Part shown: piece by piece, positions 8,938 to 18,773 of the stretch
Position numbering within the stretch: the first letter of the stretch is position 1
Layout of the letters: every line of letters begins with the position of its first letter
NCBI RefSeq assembly: GCF_965276855.1
Contig: NZ_OZ255700.1
Span: 2,912,971 to 2,976,970 of the forward strand
From: Roseibium sp.
GTDB taxonomy: Bacteria; Pseudomonadota; Alphaproteobacteria; Rhizobiales; Stappiaceae
Direction of reading: 5' to 3'
DNA: 64,000 nucleotides
Position numbers and translations under genes: made by a program
Notes under the pieces: model-generated
Seen by the model: the letters and a program-made list of their open reading frames with translations, nothing else
What the model was told of the DNA's origin: nothing
Databases searched by the model: none

Positions 8938-10200
8938 ATGAAATCCTTCACGCGCGCGCTTCTTGCGGCAACAACCCTTCTGGCAACGCCTGCAATGGCC
9001 GCAGCGCCTGCCGATGTTCTCGGCACATACAGCGATATTGCCTTTGCCAAGTATTCCGATTCTCTTGAAACAGCGAAAACGCTCCAGAGCGCAATCGACA
9101 AGCTGATTGCCGAACCGACCGACGCCAATCTAGCTGCGGCGCGCAAAGCGTGGATCGAGGCCCGTAACCCGTATCAACAGACAGAGGCCTACCGCTTCGG
9201 CAATGCCATTGTCGATGATTGGGAAGGCAAGGTGAACGCCTGGCCGCTGGATGAGGGACTGATCGATTATGTCGACGTTTCCTATGGCGAAGATTCCGAA
9301 GAGAACGCGTTTTATGCAGCCAACGTAATCGCCAATCCGACCCTGAAAGTCGGGGGTGAGACCATCGATGCCAGCGTGATCACGCCGGCTCTTCTGGCCG
9401 AATCCCTGCAGGAAGCAGGCGAAGTTGAAGCCAACGTGGCCACCGGTTACCACGCAATCGAATTCCTGCTTTGGGGACAAGATCTCAACGGTACGGATGC
9501 GGGTGCCGGCAATCGTCCGGCCAGTGATTTCGATGCAGCCAACTGCACGGGTGGCAATTGCGAGCGCCGGGCGCAATACCTCAAAGCTGCCACGGATCTT
9601 CTGATTACAGATCTTGAGGAAATGGTTGCTGCCTGGGCACCGGGCGGAGCTGCGCGCGAAGAACTGGGCGGCAAGGGGGAAGCCGGCGGTCTGGCGACCA
9701 TCCTGACCGGAATGGGCTCTCTTTCTTATGGCGAGCTGGCGGGTGAGCGGATGAAGCTTGGCCTCATGCTTCATGATCCGGAGGAGGAGCATGATTGCTT
9801 CTCAGACAACACGCACATGTCTCACTACAACGATGTTGTCGGCATCCGGAACGTCTATTTCGGTGAGTACAAGAGCCCGCTCGGCAACGATGTGAAGGGC
9901 GCATCCCTTGCAGAGATGGTCGCCGCGAAAGATCCGGCTCTGGCCGAAGAAATGCAAACCAAGCTGGATGCCACGCTGGCCGCATTCGAGGCGATGAAAG
10001 CGCGCGCCGAAGCCGGTGAAGCGTATGACCAGATGATCGGCGAAGGCAACGACGAGGGCAACGCTGTTGTTCAGGCTGCTGTTGATGCGCTGGTTGACCA
10101 GACCACGTCGATCGAGCGTGTCGTCAAAACGCTTGAGCTCGACGAGATTGCTTTCGAAGGCTCCGACAGCCTTGACAATCCGTCCGCTGTTTTTGAGTAA
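8938..10200 (+). CDS. irpA: Imelysin family iron-regulated protein A (IrpA/IcmP-like)
   Basis: Signal peptide MKSFTRALLAATTLLATPAMA, VNAWPLDEGLIDY, TGYHAIEFLLWGQD (GxHxxE), EHDCFSDNT. ATG at 8938. Confidence 0.92.
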   Translation: MKSFTRALLAATTLLATPAMAAAPADVLGTYSDIAFAKYSDSLETAKTLQSAIDKLIAEPTDANLAAARKAWIEARNPYQQTEAYRFGNAIVDDWEGKVNAWPLDEGLIDYVDVSYGEDSEENAFYAANVIANPTLKVGGETIDASVITPALLAESLQEAGEVEANVATGYHAIEFLLWGQDLNGTDAGAGNRPASDFDAANCTGGNCERRAQYLKAATDLLITDLEEMVAAWAPGGAAREELGGKGEAGGLATILTGMGSLSYGELAGERMKLGLMLHDPEEEHDCFSDNTHMSHYNDVVGIRNVYFGEYKSPLGNDVKGASLAEMVAAKDPALAEEMQTKLDATLAAFEAMKARAEAGEAYDQMIGEGNDEGNAVVQAAVDALVDQTTSIERVVKTLELDEIAFEGSDSLDNPSAVFE

Positions 10201-10207
10201 GACCCAT

Positions 10208-10234
10208 GTGGCGGGTGGCTCTGCTACCCGCCAT
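10208..10234 (+). other. Intercistronic stem-loop after irpA
   Basis: GTGGCGGGTGGC-TCT-GCTACCCGCCAT with no U-tract; could stabilise the irpA part of the transcript. Confidence 0.45.
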
Positions 10235-10287
10235 TATTCCCCGCCGGAATTGGGGCTCGGGCGGGCGTAAATCAGGATGCGAACCTT

Positions 10288-11817
10288 ATGACTGTCCCAG
10301 GACAAAGCGCCATTTTGGGCGCTGCTGTTTTATGTGCGGGCCTGATTGGCCAGACCGCCTTGGCCGATGGGCTGTTGAGCCATCGCGATGATCTGTCAGA
10401 GCAGGACCGGGCCAAGGTTGTAAGCGTCCTCCCGCTCGCCGATGATTTTTCCAAGGCAGAAACCTTTGAACAGATGCAGGGCGGTGCCGGTACGTCCCGC
10501 AAGCGCATCAACCGCGATGCTTTTTCTCATGCCACTGCAAATCTGACGTTCGAGCAAGAGCAAAATTTCAAGGTTGGCAACGGGCTTTTCAAGAAGCTCT
10601 GGGCCTCGTCGCCCGCATCCACCAAAGCGTCCGACGGGTTGGGCCCACTTTACAACGCACGCTCCTGCCAGGGGTGCCACCTGAAGGATGGCCGCGGGCG
10701 GCCGCCGCGTCCGGGCGATGAGGCGGTTTCTCTCTTCCTGCGCCTTTCCATTCCGCCACAATCGGACGAAGACCGGGCGGCCCTTCAGGACAAAAGACTG
10801 CTCCGCATTCCGGAGCCCACATATGGCGGGCAGTTTCAGGCATTTGCTGTCCCAGGCCTTGCAGGGGAAGGGCGTTTCGACATTGAACACGAAGAGATCG
10901 TGGTCCCGCTGAATGGCGGCGAGACGGTTATCTTGCAAAAGCCCGTCTACAAGATCCGGGATCTTGGATTTGGCGACATGCATCCCGAAGCCTTGATCTC
11001 GCCGCGGGTCGCACCGCCGATGATTGGTCTCGGATTGCTGCAGGCGATTCACCCCGGGGATATTGAAGCCTTGGCGGATCCGGATGATCTCAATGGCGAC
11101 GGGATCTCCGGCAAAGTCAGCCGGGTCCGGGACGGCCGGACGGGTGAGCTGACCATCGGCCGGTTCGGCTGGAAGGCCTCCAACCCGAACATCCGCGATC
11201 AAACGGCCGGTGCCTTTTCCGGTGATATCGGCATCAGTTCACCGGACAAGCCGGACAATTATGGCGATTGCACACAACGCCAGACCGAATGCCGAGTCTT
11301 GCCGCACGGCGAACAGGCGCATCTTGGGGTGTCGGAAGCGCCTGATCCGGTCATGGAATTGGTAACATTCTATTCGGAGAACCTGGCAGTTCCAGCCCGG
11401 CGCGATGTATCTGATCCGCAAGTTCTGCGTGGCAAAAAGCTGTTTTACGAAGTGGGCTGCGCCAAGTGCCATCAGCCGAAGTTTGTCACGCGCCGGGATG
11501 CGGAAACTGAGGCGCATCAGTTTCAGCTGATCTGGCCCTATACGGATCTCTTGCTGCACGACATGGGCGAAGATCTGGCCGACAACCGCCCGGTTGGCGA
11601 TGCGACCGGCCGCGAATGGCGGACCCCGCCGCTTTGGGGCATTGGCTTGACCGAAACGGTCAACAATCATACCCGTTTCCTGCACGATGGCCGGGCGAGC
11701 AATTTGCTCGAAGCGGTCCTGTGGCACGGCGGGGAAGCGAAAGCTGCCCGCAATCAGGTGGTCGCCATGGAGCCGGACGACCGCGTCTCTCTTATCCGGT
11801 TTCTGGAGTCCCTTTGA
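10288..11817 (+). CDS. Di-heme oxidoreductase (DHOR) family c-type cytochrome
   Basis: Two heme motifs CQGCH and CAKCH, DGLGPLYNA, WRTPPLWGIGL, LHDGRA; export signal at the N-terminus. Confidence 0.92.
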   Translation: MTVPGQSAILGAAVLCAGLIGQTALADGLLSHRDDLSEQDRAKVVSVLPLADDFSKAETFEQMQGGAGTSRKRINRDAFSHATANLTFEQEQNFKVGNGLFKKLWASSPASTKASDGLGPLYNARSCQGCHLKDGRGRPPRPGDEAVSLFLRLSIPPQSDEDRAALQDKRLLRIPEPTYGGQFQAFAVPGLAGEGRFDIEHEEIVVPLNGGETVILQKPVYKIRDLGFGDMHPEALISPRVAPPMIGLGLLQAIHPGDIEALADPDDLNGDGISGKVSRVRDGRTGELTIGRFGWKASNPNIRDQTAGAFSGDIGISSPDKPDNYGDCTQRQTECRVLPHGEQAHLGVSEAPDPVMELVTFYSENLAVPARRDVSDPQVLRGKKLFYEVGCAKCHQPKFVTRRDAETEAHQFQLIWPYTDLLLHDMGEDLADNRPVGDATGREWRTPPLWGIGLTETVNNHTRFLHDGRASNLLEAVLWHGGEAKAARNQVVAMEPDDRVSLIRFLESL

Positions 11818-12890
11818 TGAAGCGAATTCTTGTCTCCGCGGCTGCGGCCCTGATGACATGGCCGGCAGTTGCAGCTGATCTCACGCAGCCCGTCGAGAAG
11901 ATGATTGCCGGTTACATTCAGCCTGAAACCAGAATTTTTGCTGATGTTGCAGCCCGCTTGCCTGAGGCGGTCAAAGAGGTCTGCCAAGAACCGACGGATG
12001 AGGCAAAGGCTGATTTCAGGGTTGTTTTCTCAGATGCTGTTGGTCAGTTTGCCCGCATCCATTTCCTGCGGCTTGGCCCCCTGATTGAAGAAGATCGCAT
12101 CAGCCGTCTCGCTTTCCAGCCGGATCCACGTGGCATTGCACAAAGGCAGATCCGCAAGCTCTATGGGGCTCAAGATGAGAGCGTAAGGACGGCGGAAAGC
12201 CTGTCCGAAAAAAGTGTGGCTTTGCAAGGGCTGACAGCGCTTCAGTTGATTGCATTCGACAAGACCGGCGCCGTCGTGCTTGGCGAAGAGGGGGAGCGCG
12301 GGGACTTCACGTGTTCTTATGCGCTGGCGATCTCTGAGAATGTTGCCGGCATTGCCCGGGACGTCATGCGCTCCTGGCTCGATGCGGATGGTTTTTCGAA
12401 AACTCTTCTGGAAACAGGCGGCAACAACGTCCGTTATCAGACCGACCAGGAAGCCTTGGAAGATGTGTTTCAAACGCTGTCCACGGCGCTGATCGTCGTT
12501 CGGGACCAAAACATTGCGCCAGCGCTTGGAAGCTCGAAAGAGAAGGCGAGGCCAAACCGGATTCCGTTCTCCCGGTCCGGCAATGGCGTTGTATTTCTGA
12601 CATCCGAAATGAACGGCATTCTGGACGCGATCCAGAGCATGGATCTCGAACCCATGATGCCGGAGGAACACGCCTGGCTGATCGGGTCGATGACCTTTGA
12701 GTTCGAAAACGCCTTGAAAACACTCAATCAGCTCCAGTCGCCTTTGCGGGAGACGTTTGAAGCATCTGGTGCCCATAGCCAGTTGTCGCTCTTGGTCATC
12801 TCTTTGAATTCCCTTCAGCGGCTTGTTGGTGAGCGGGTCGCGGGCGCGTTGGGACTGGCCGGAGGGTTCAATGCCCTTGATGGTGACTAG
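11817..12890 (+). CDS. Second imelysin-like protein
   Basis: ATG overlaps the DHOR stop (TGATG). Signal peptide, RISRLAFQPDPRG, QGLTALQ, LGLAGGFNALDGD C-terminus typical of this family. Confidence 0.85.
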   Translation: MKRILVSAAAALMTWPAVAADLTQPVEKMIAGYIQPETRIFADVAARLPEAVKEVCQEPTDEAKADFRVVFSDAVGQFARIHFLRLGPLIEEDRISRLAFQPDPRGIAQRQIRKLYGAQDESVRTAESLSEKSVALQGLTALQLIAFDKTGAVVLGEEGERGDFTCSYALAISENVAGIARDVMRSWLDADGFSKTLLETGGNNVRYQTDQEALEDVFQTLSTALIVVRDQNIAPALGSSKEKARPNRIPFSRSGNGVVFLTSEMNGILDAIQSMDLEPMMPEEHAWLIGSMTFEFENALKTLNQLQSPLRETFEASGAHSQLSLLVISLNSLQRLVGERVAGALGLAGGFNALDGD

Positions 12891-14022
12891 GCCGGTCGAG
12901 TTTACCAGGCGTGGGTTTTTGTCCGCGTTGGGCGGACTGGCTGCACTGCCGGCTTTTGCGGGATCCGGTCTCGGGGCGAGTTTGCTGAGCTCATCAGATG
13001 CACCGCTCTTTGCCAGCGCTTTCAAAAAGTCTGCAGGCGGATATGGCATAGCTGTGTTCGACGATCTGGGTCAGATCCAGGCGGAAATCACACTGCCCGG
13101 GCGCGGTCACGGCATTGCGGTATCCGATACGGGAGATTGCCTAGCCGCTTTTGCCCGCCGCCCGGGAACATTTGCGATCGTTGCCTGGCCATATTCCGGC
13201 AAGCCAATGCAGACCATCGTTGCCGCCCTCGGCCGGCATTTTTACGGGCACGGCTGTTTTTCAAAGGACGGGCGAATTCTCTTCGCGGTGGAGAATGATT
13301 TTGCGTCTGCTCGCGGTGTTGTCGGCGTCTATGACGTGAGTGGAGAGACCATCACCCGGCTGGGCGAACTCGACAGTCACGGCATCGGTCCGCATGAGGT
13401 TCTGTTGAGACCGGATGGCAATGTCCTGATCGTTGCGAACGGCGGGATTGAAACGCACCCCGATCACGGGCGGGAAAAGCTCAATCTGGAGACAATGTCG
13501 CCATCCGTGGTGTTCCTGGATGTCAAAACCGGAGACCTGCTGGCAGAGCATCGTTTGGATAAATCCCTGCACCAGTTGTCTTTGCGTCACATGGCTTTGG
13601 ACGGGGCAGGCCGGGCCTGGGTTGGTGGGCAGTTTGAAGGCTCGAAGACAGACACTCCGCCGCTGGTTGCCGTCATTTCAAGGGATGAAACGCCGGTTTT
13701 GTTGGACCTGCCCGGGAAGCTTATGGGCCAGCTTGAAAACTATATCGGGTCTGTGACGGCCACCATAGATCAAAGTGTGATTGCAACGTCCGCGCCGCGT
13801 GGCGGCAAGACCTTGTTCTGGAATGCGGAGACCGGGGACTATCTTGACCACCAAAACATCTCTGATGGGTGCGGTGTTGCCCCTATTGATCAGGGAAGTT
13901 TTCTGATCTCCGACGGAAATGGTGGCGTTTCCTATCTCTCAGAGCCAGGAGAGCGGGCGGAAATACTGGCCCGACCCGCAGGTTTTGCGTGGGACAATCA
14001 CATGACGGCTCTTCGGATCTAA
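12880..14022 (+). CDS. DUF1513 family Tat-exported beta-propeller protein
   Basis: Tat motif TRRGFL, RGHG, FARRPG, RHFYGHG, GIGPHE, ANGGIETHPD, WDNH C-terminus. Confidence 0.88.
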   Translation: MVTRPVEFTRRGFLSALGGLAALPAFAGSGLGASLLSSSDAPLFASAFKKSAGGYGIAVFDDLGQIQAEITLPGRGHGIAVSDTGDCLAAFARRPGTFAIVAWPYSGKPMQTIVAALGRHFYGHGCFSKDGRILFAVENDFASARGVVGVYDVSGETITRLGELDSHGIGPHEVLLRPDGNVLIVANGGIETHPDHGREKLNLETMSPSVVFLDVKTGDLLAEHRLDKSLHQLSLRHMALDGAGRAWVGGQFEGSKTDTPPLVAVISRDETPVLLDLPGKLMGQLENYIGSVTATIDQSVIATSAPRGGKTLFWNAETGDYLDHQNISDGCGVAPIDQGSFLISDGNGGVSYLSEPGERAEILARPAGFAWDNHMTALRI

Positions 14023-14167
14023 GCTTACCAAATCGGTCCAGCCGAACTTGCCTTGCAACGGAAATTCCTGATAAACCGCCGTTTTTCCACCTTTTGTCAA
14101 AATCTACCGGCATGTTGCTGGTCGGTTTGGTCTACATTGTGGCGATTCGCCACGAGGAGACATTGAT

Positions 14168-17086
14168 ATGCAACGGCTTTTGATCGGTCTGGGCAGCTTC
14201 CTGTTTCTGGTTGTCACCGCTCTTCTTGTGGTTCCGTTTTTCCTGCCCAAGGATCAGATCAAGCAGCAGGTGGTCCAACAGATCGACAACCGCTTCGGTT
14301 GGCGTGTCCGGCTCGATGGCCCTGTTTCATTGTCACTGTTTCCCGGCTTTCAATTGACAGCTGAAGATATCGGTATCTCCGGTGCCGCTGGCGCGGACGG
14401 TATTGAGTTCGCCAAAGCCAAACGCATGGACTTCGGTCTTGCCTGGTCTGGGCTACTGTCGGGCAATGTGAAAGTTACCGGCATCGCACTCGACGAACCG
14501 CTGATCTATCTCGAGAAAAACGCAAACGGCGCCACCAGTTGGGCACCGCGCCGGTCATTGGAAGTTCTGACCGGCGAGGCAGAAGAAAGCAGCGCTCCGG
14601 CAGGTGATAGCGCGCAGTCCACGCCGGACAGCGGTGCAGATAACGCTGCGGCTGATGCCGGCGAGGGATACCTGGAGAGCATTGGTGTCGACAGTCTCCA
14701 GATCACCAACGGCGAGCTGACCTACATTGATGCCACAGCAGATCAGAACTTTGTCATTCAGGCCCTCAATCTGTCCCTGACTGCCCCGGATTTGACCGGA
14801 GATGTCCAGCTTACTTCCGATTTCCAATTTCAGGACGTTCCTCTCGAGGTTTCGGGCACGTTGTCCAACCCGCTGGGATTGGCATCCGGCGACCAGGTGC
14901 CCGTCGATTTGGCTCTGACTTCGTCAGAAAACTCCATCACGATCAAGGGGACCACAGGACTGGAGCCGGTCCGTGCTGAACTCGCGATCGCTGCGTCAGG
15001 ACCGTCGTTAAAAACTCTAGCCGCGCTGGGCGGACAGTCGCTCGATGCAGATCCAGGCGCTTACCAGTTTGATGCACAAGTGCGGGGCTCTGAAGCAGCG
15101 GTCTCAGTGTCAGATCTCCATCTGGTATTGGGCCAACTTTCCCTTGGCGGTGCGGCCGATGCGGATCTCTCTGGGTTGGTGCCGGAAGTCTCCGGTCGGC
15201 TTGTCCTGAAAGACGGGTCGATTGCGGATTTGTTGCTTCTCGCCGGTCAGGAGCTGCCGGCAAGCGGGCTGTTGAGCGCCGATCTGGCATTTGAAACGGT
15301 TGGCCTGACAGGTGAAGAAATGCTGGCCGGACTAGACGTCAACGGATCGGTCAACATCTCCGAAGGTGAAATTGGCGGATTGGGCCTCGCAGATGCTGTC
15401 GGCGGCGACCCGGAAGCCGACCGGATTACCGGACTGTCTCTTGCTCTAGAGATGCAAGGACTTGAAGCCCCACTGTCTGCAAGCGGTGCACTGACCTGGC
15501 GCGGAGAACGGTTCAGTCTGACTGGTGAAGCCGATACGTCCGAACTGTTGGCAGGCCAATCCGGCGGAGTTTCTGTCTCTCTCAAGGGCAATCGGCTGAG
15601 CGTTGGATTTGATGGATCAGCTCAACTGCCAAGCACTGTGGATGGCGCAGCTCGGGTACAAACGGCCGACCTTCGAGGTTTGATGGCCTGGATGGGCCAA
15701 CCCTTGGCCGCCGGTGGTGGCTTGGGTGCGTTTAGTGCCTCCGGGATTTTCGGGTTCCAGGGGGACACGATTTCGTTCGAGGAGACACGCTTCACGCTGG
15801 ATGAAACCTCCGGCGAAGCCAATGGCCGTGTGACCCTGGGCGGTAAGCCGACGGTGACGGCGCGTCTTGATTTGCGCGAGCTCGTTTTGGATCCCTACCT
15901 TGCCGGCGGGCCATCCAGTCGCCAACCGGGCGGTCAGTCTGGAGGCGAGGGCGGTTCGGCTCCGGAAACAGTGGCGTCAGCTGCACCTCCTGCCGGCGGC
16001 ACATTCTGGAGTGCAGCGCCAATCGACTTTTCGGGTCTTAGAGCTGCGAATGTCGACTTCAAGGCAACTGCAAACGAGATCCGTATGGACAAGATCCGGA
16101 TTGGACAAAGCGCGCTCTCGGTTGCGATCCAGGATGGCGTTCTGACGGCGGATCTTGAGAAACTGTCGCTTTACGAAGGCACAGGCACGGGCTCCGTCAG
16201 GCTGAATGGCGCAGCTGCAACACCTGCAGTGTCGGCAAAGTTTGATCTCTCCGGCTTGAATGCCTATCCGCTTCTACGGGATGCGGCGGACTTCACCTGG
16301 ATCGAAGGCAAAACGCTCATTGGCCTGGATGTAACAACGTCAGGAGCCAGCGAGCAGCAAATGGTTCAGAACCTCAAAGGCACCGCCAGCTACATGTTTG
16401 AAGACGGCGCAATCCGCGGGATCAATATTCCGCAGATGGTGCGCAGCCTCTCAGTTGAGACCTTGCTTGGATGGCAGGCGAGCCCCTCCGAGAAGACGGA
16501 CTTTTCGTCGCTCGGGGCTTCTTTTCAGATCGAAAACGGAATTGCGACCACCAGTGACCTGTCTCTGATCGGGCCGTTGATCCGCATGAGCGGCGGCGGC
16601 ACCACGGATATGCCCAATCAACGGCTGTCCTGGCGGGTGGAGCCGAGAATTGTGGCGACACTGGAAGGCCAGGCTCCGATGCCGCGCCCGAAAGGCACCG
16701 ACAAGAAAATGGCCGGTCTGGGTGTACCTATTGTAGTGGATGGGTCCTGGAGTGATCCGCGTATCTATCCGGATATTGCAGGCATTCTGGAAAATCCGCA
16801 GGCGGCCTACGAGCAGCTTGAGCAAGTCGGTGGTGAACTAATTTCGATCCTGAAGGGCGAGGCGGATGTGCCGGAAAGCCTGACCGACACCGCCAATCAG
16901 GTGATCCAACGTGCCACTGGTGGTCAAACCCAGATCGACATCGAAAAGGTGATCGAAGGGGACGTCAACGACGAAGACGTCCTGAAGGCCGTGGAAGAGG
17001 GCTTTGGTTTGCCTCCTGGTTTGCTCGGCAACGTCTTTGGCCGCCAGAAGGCGCAAGAGCCGGAGCAAGCCCAGGACCAAAACTAA
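14168..17086 (+). CDS. asmA: AsmA family protein
   Basis: N-terminal TM anchor, beta-taco repeats, LYEGTGTG, GAIRGINIP, KTDFSSLGASFQIENGIATTSDL (AsmA C-terminus). Confidence 0.88.
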   Translation: MQRLLIGLGSFLFLVVTALLVVPFFLPKDQIKQQVVQQIDNRFGWRVRLDGPVSLSLFPGFQLTAEDIGISGAAGADGIEFAKAKRMDFGLAWSGLLSGNVKVTGIALDEPLIYLEKNANGATSWAPRRSLEVLTGEAEESSAPAGDSAQSTPDSGADNAAADAGEGYLESIGVDSLQITNGELTYIDATADQNFVIQALNLSLTAPDLTGDVQLTSDFQFQDVPLEVSGTLSNPLGLASGDQVPVDLALTSSENSITIKGTTGLEPVRAELAIAASGPSLKTLAALGGQSLDADPGAYQFDAQVRGSEAAVSVSDLHLVLGQLSLGGAADADLSGLVPEVSGRLVLKDGSIADLLLLAGQELPASGLLSADLAFETVGLTGEEMLAGLDVNGSVNISEGEIGGLGLADAVGGDPEADRITGLSLALEMQGLEAPLSASGALTWRGERFSLTGEADTSELLAGQSGGVSVSLKGNRLSVGFDGSAQLPSTVDGAARVQTADLRGLMAWMGQPLAAGGGLGAFSASGIFGFQGDTISFEETRFTLDETSGEANGRVTLGGKPTVTARLDLRELVLDPYLAGGPSSRQPGGQSGGEGGSAPETVASAAPPAGGTFWSAAPIDFSGLRAANVDFKATANEIRMDKIRIGQSALSVAIQDGVLTADLEKLSLYEGTGTGSVRLNGAAATPAVSAKFDLSGLNAYPLLRDAADFTWIEGKTLIGLDVTTSGASEQQMVQNLKGTASYMFEDGAIRGINIPQMVRSLSVETLLGWQASPSEKTDFSSLGASFQIENGIATTSDLSLIGPLIRMSGGGTTDMPNQRLSWRVEPRIVATLEGQAPMPRPKGTDKKMAGLGVPIVVDGSWSDPRIYPDIAGILENPQAAYEQLEQVGGELISILKGEADVPESLTDTANQVIQRATGGQTQIDIEKVIEGDVNDEDVLKAVEEGFGLPPGLLGNVFGRQKAQEPEQAQDQN

Positions 17087-17197
17087 CTCTGGATCAATTC
17101 CGCCTCCACAACCGCTACGCAACCTCCGATGAATATAGCGGATAGAACTAAACTATGATTAGAATTTCCCGGAAATCAACTTCTGGGGGAAAATTAT

Positions 17198-18742
17198 ATG
17201 ACTAATCTCATAGTTTGTTGTGACGGTACCTGGAACACACCTGATGATGAGGCCGACGGCGTCCCAACACCAACAAATGTTGTCAAGATAGCCGGTTGTG
17301 TTGCTTCAGTAGATGCATCGGGAAAAGAGCAAAAGAAATACTACCACCCAGGTGTTGGAACAGACGGCGGAGTTATCGATAGTCTTGCTGGTGGTGGGTT
17401 GGGTGTTGGTCTGGGGGATAATGTAAAAAGCGCCTACAAATGGCTTTCCGTCAATTATCAACCAAACGATAAGATCTTCCTCTTCGGTTTTAGTAGAGGT
17501 GCATTCACTGTTCGAAGCTTGGCAGGCATGATTGGCGCATGTGGCTTGCTGGATCTAAGTAGCCCTCAATTGACAGAGGCGAAACTGTGGCGGCGGGTCG
17601 ACAAGGTGTTTGCCAATTACCGCCGGAAAAAACCGGATCCGAGCAAATTGAAGGGAATGGACTTTCATAATGCCGGTTCTGATAGGATTGGAGCTGGGAA
17701 AACACCTATTCATTTTCTTGGGGTTTGGGATACCGTCGGAGCTTTAGGTATTCCGGATGAAGTGGCGTTTTTGAATCTGCTGGACAATCCGAAAAAACAT
17801 GGTTTCCACGATACCAAACTCAGCAATCTGGTAATGCATGCTCGGCATGCGGTGGCGATGGATGAGCAGCGGCGGAGTTTTACACCGACCCTTTGGACAA
17901 ACCAGACTGCACACAATGACATAAAGCAGATTTGGTTCCCAGGAGTACACTCTGATGTTGGGGGTGGCTACCCGCAAACCGGGCTTTCAGATGGTGCTTT
18001 GCTGTGGATGTTAAAGGAAGCGGAGGCTAGCGGTCTAGTTTTCCGGGAGGGAGCGGTAGCCCAAATTGATCCCAATCCTCTCGATGTCCTGCATGACTCA
18101 TTGTCCGGCGCATTTAAAGCCCTGACAACACGGCCTCGCAGTGTTCCATGTATTAGTGGAGTTAAGGCACCGAAAAATTTTCATGTCTCGGCCTTGGAAC
18201 GGCAGGCCAATCCCCCGCTTGCACAACCTGATTATTGGCCGTCGAAGACCCTTTCAGTCAGGGAAATGACGACGGTTGATGTTTTCGCTAGAGAAAAATG
18301 GAACTCGACAGGACTATACCTGGAAAAAGGAAAGACATACGAGTTTTCTGCACTTGGAGAGTGGGTCGACAGGTCGATCAAATGCGGACCGAGTGGAACG
18401 AAAGACGGCAAATTTTCACCGGGGGAAGTGTTCCACGTGGCGGGAGCAGCGCTTGGTTCGATCGAGACTATCTTTAAAAAGGTTACTGGGAATGATGAGG
18501 CCAACTTTTGGTTGACCCGGAGGTATGAGGACGTCGATTGGTTTGCTCTGGTAGGTGTGATTGCGAATGGAAAGGGAATTGGGAAAAACAGCAGGTTAAT
18601 TGAGCATGAAGTTTTTGTTATAGGCAATGGCGTGACTTATACTCCGAAGTCGGGTGGATACCTGTATGCCTTCGCCAACGATGCTTGGCAGATGTATTTC
18701 AACAACAAGGGTAGTGTGAGGCTTTCCGTCAAACGGGCGTAA
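17198..18742 (+). CDS. DUF2235/Tle1-like alpha/beta hydrolase with C-terminal LecA(PA-IL)-like domain
   Basis: VCCDGTWN, GFSRGA (nucleophile Ser), VWDTV, HAVAMDEQRRSF, FPGVHSDVGGGY. C-terminus ends YAFANDAWQMYFNNKGSVRLSV. Visibly more AT-rich than its flanks. Confidence 0.85.
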   Translation: MTNLIVCCDGTWNTPDDEADGVPTPTNVVKIAGCVASVDASGKEQKKYYHPGVGTDGGVIDSLAGGGLGVGLGDNVKSAYKWLSVNYQPNDKIFLFGFSRGAFTVRSLAGMIGACGLLDLSSPQLTEAKLWRRVDKVFANYRRKKPDPSKLKGMDFHNAGSDRIGAGKTPIHFLGVWDTVGALGIPDEVAFLNLLDNPKKHGFHDTKLSNLVMHARHAVAMDEQRRSFTPTLWTNQTAHNDIKQIWFPGVHSDVGGGYPQTGLSDGALLWMLKEAEASGLVFREGAVAQIDPNPLDVLHDSLSGAFKALTTRPRSVPCISGVKAPKNFHVSALERQANPPLAQPDYWPSKTLSVREMTTVDVFAREKWNSTGLYLEKGKTYEFSALGEWVDRSIKCGPSGTKDGKFSPGEVFHVAGAALGSIETIFKKVTGNDEANFWLTRRYEDVDWFALVGVIANGKGIGKNSRLIEHEVFVIGNGVTYTPKSGGYLYAFANDAWQMYFNNKGSVRLSVKRA

Positions 18743-18773
18743 GCGAAAAGCCGGAGGATACTATGTCGGGCGT

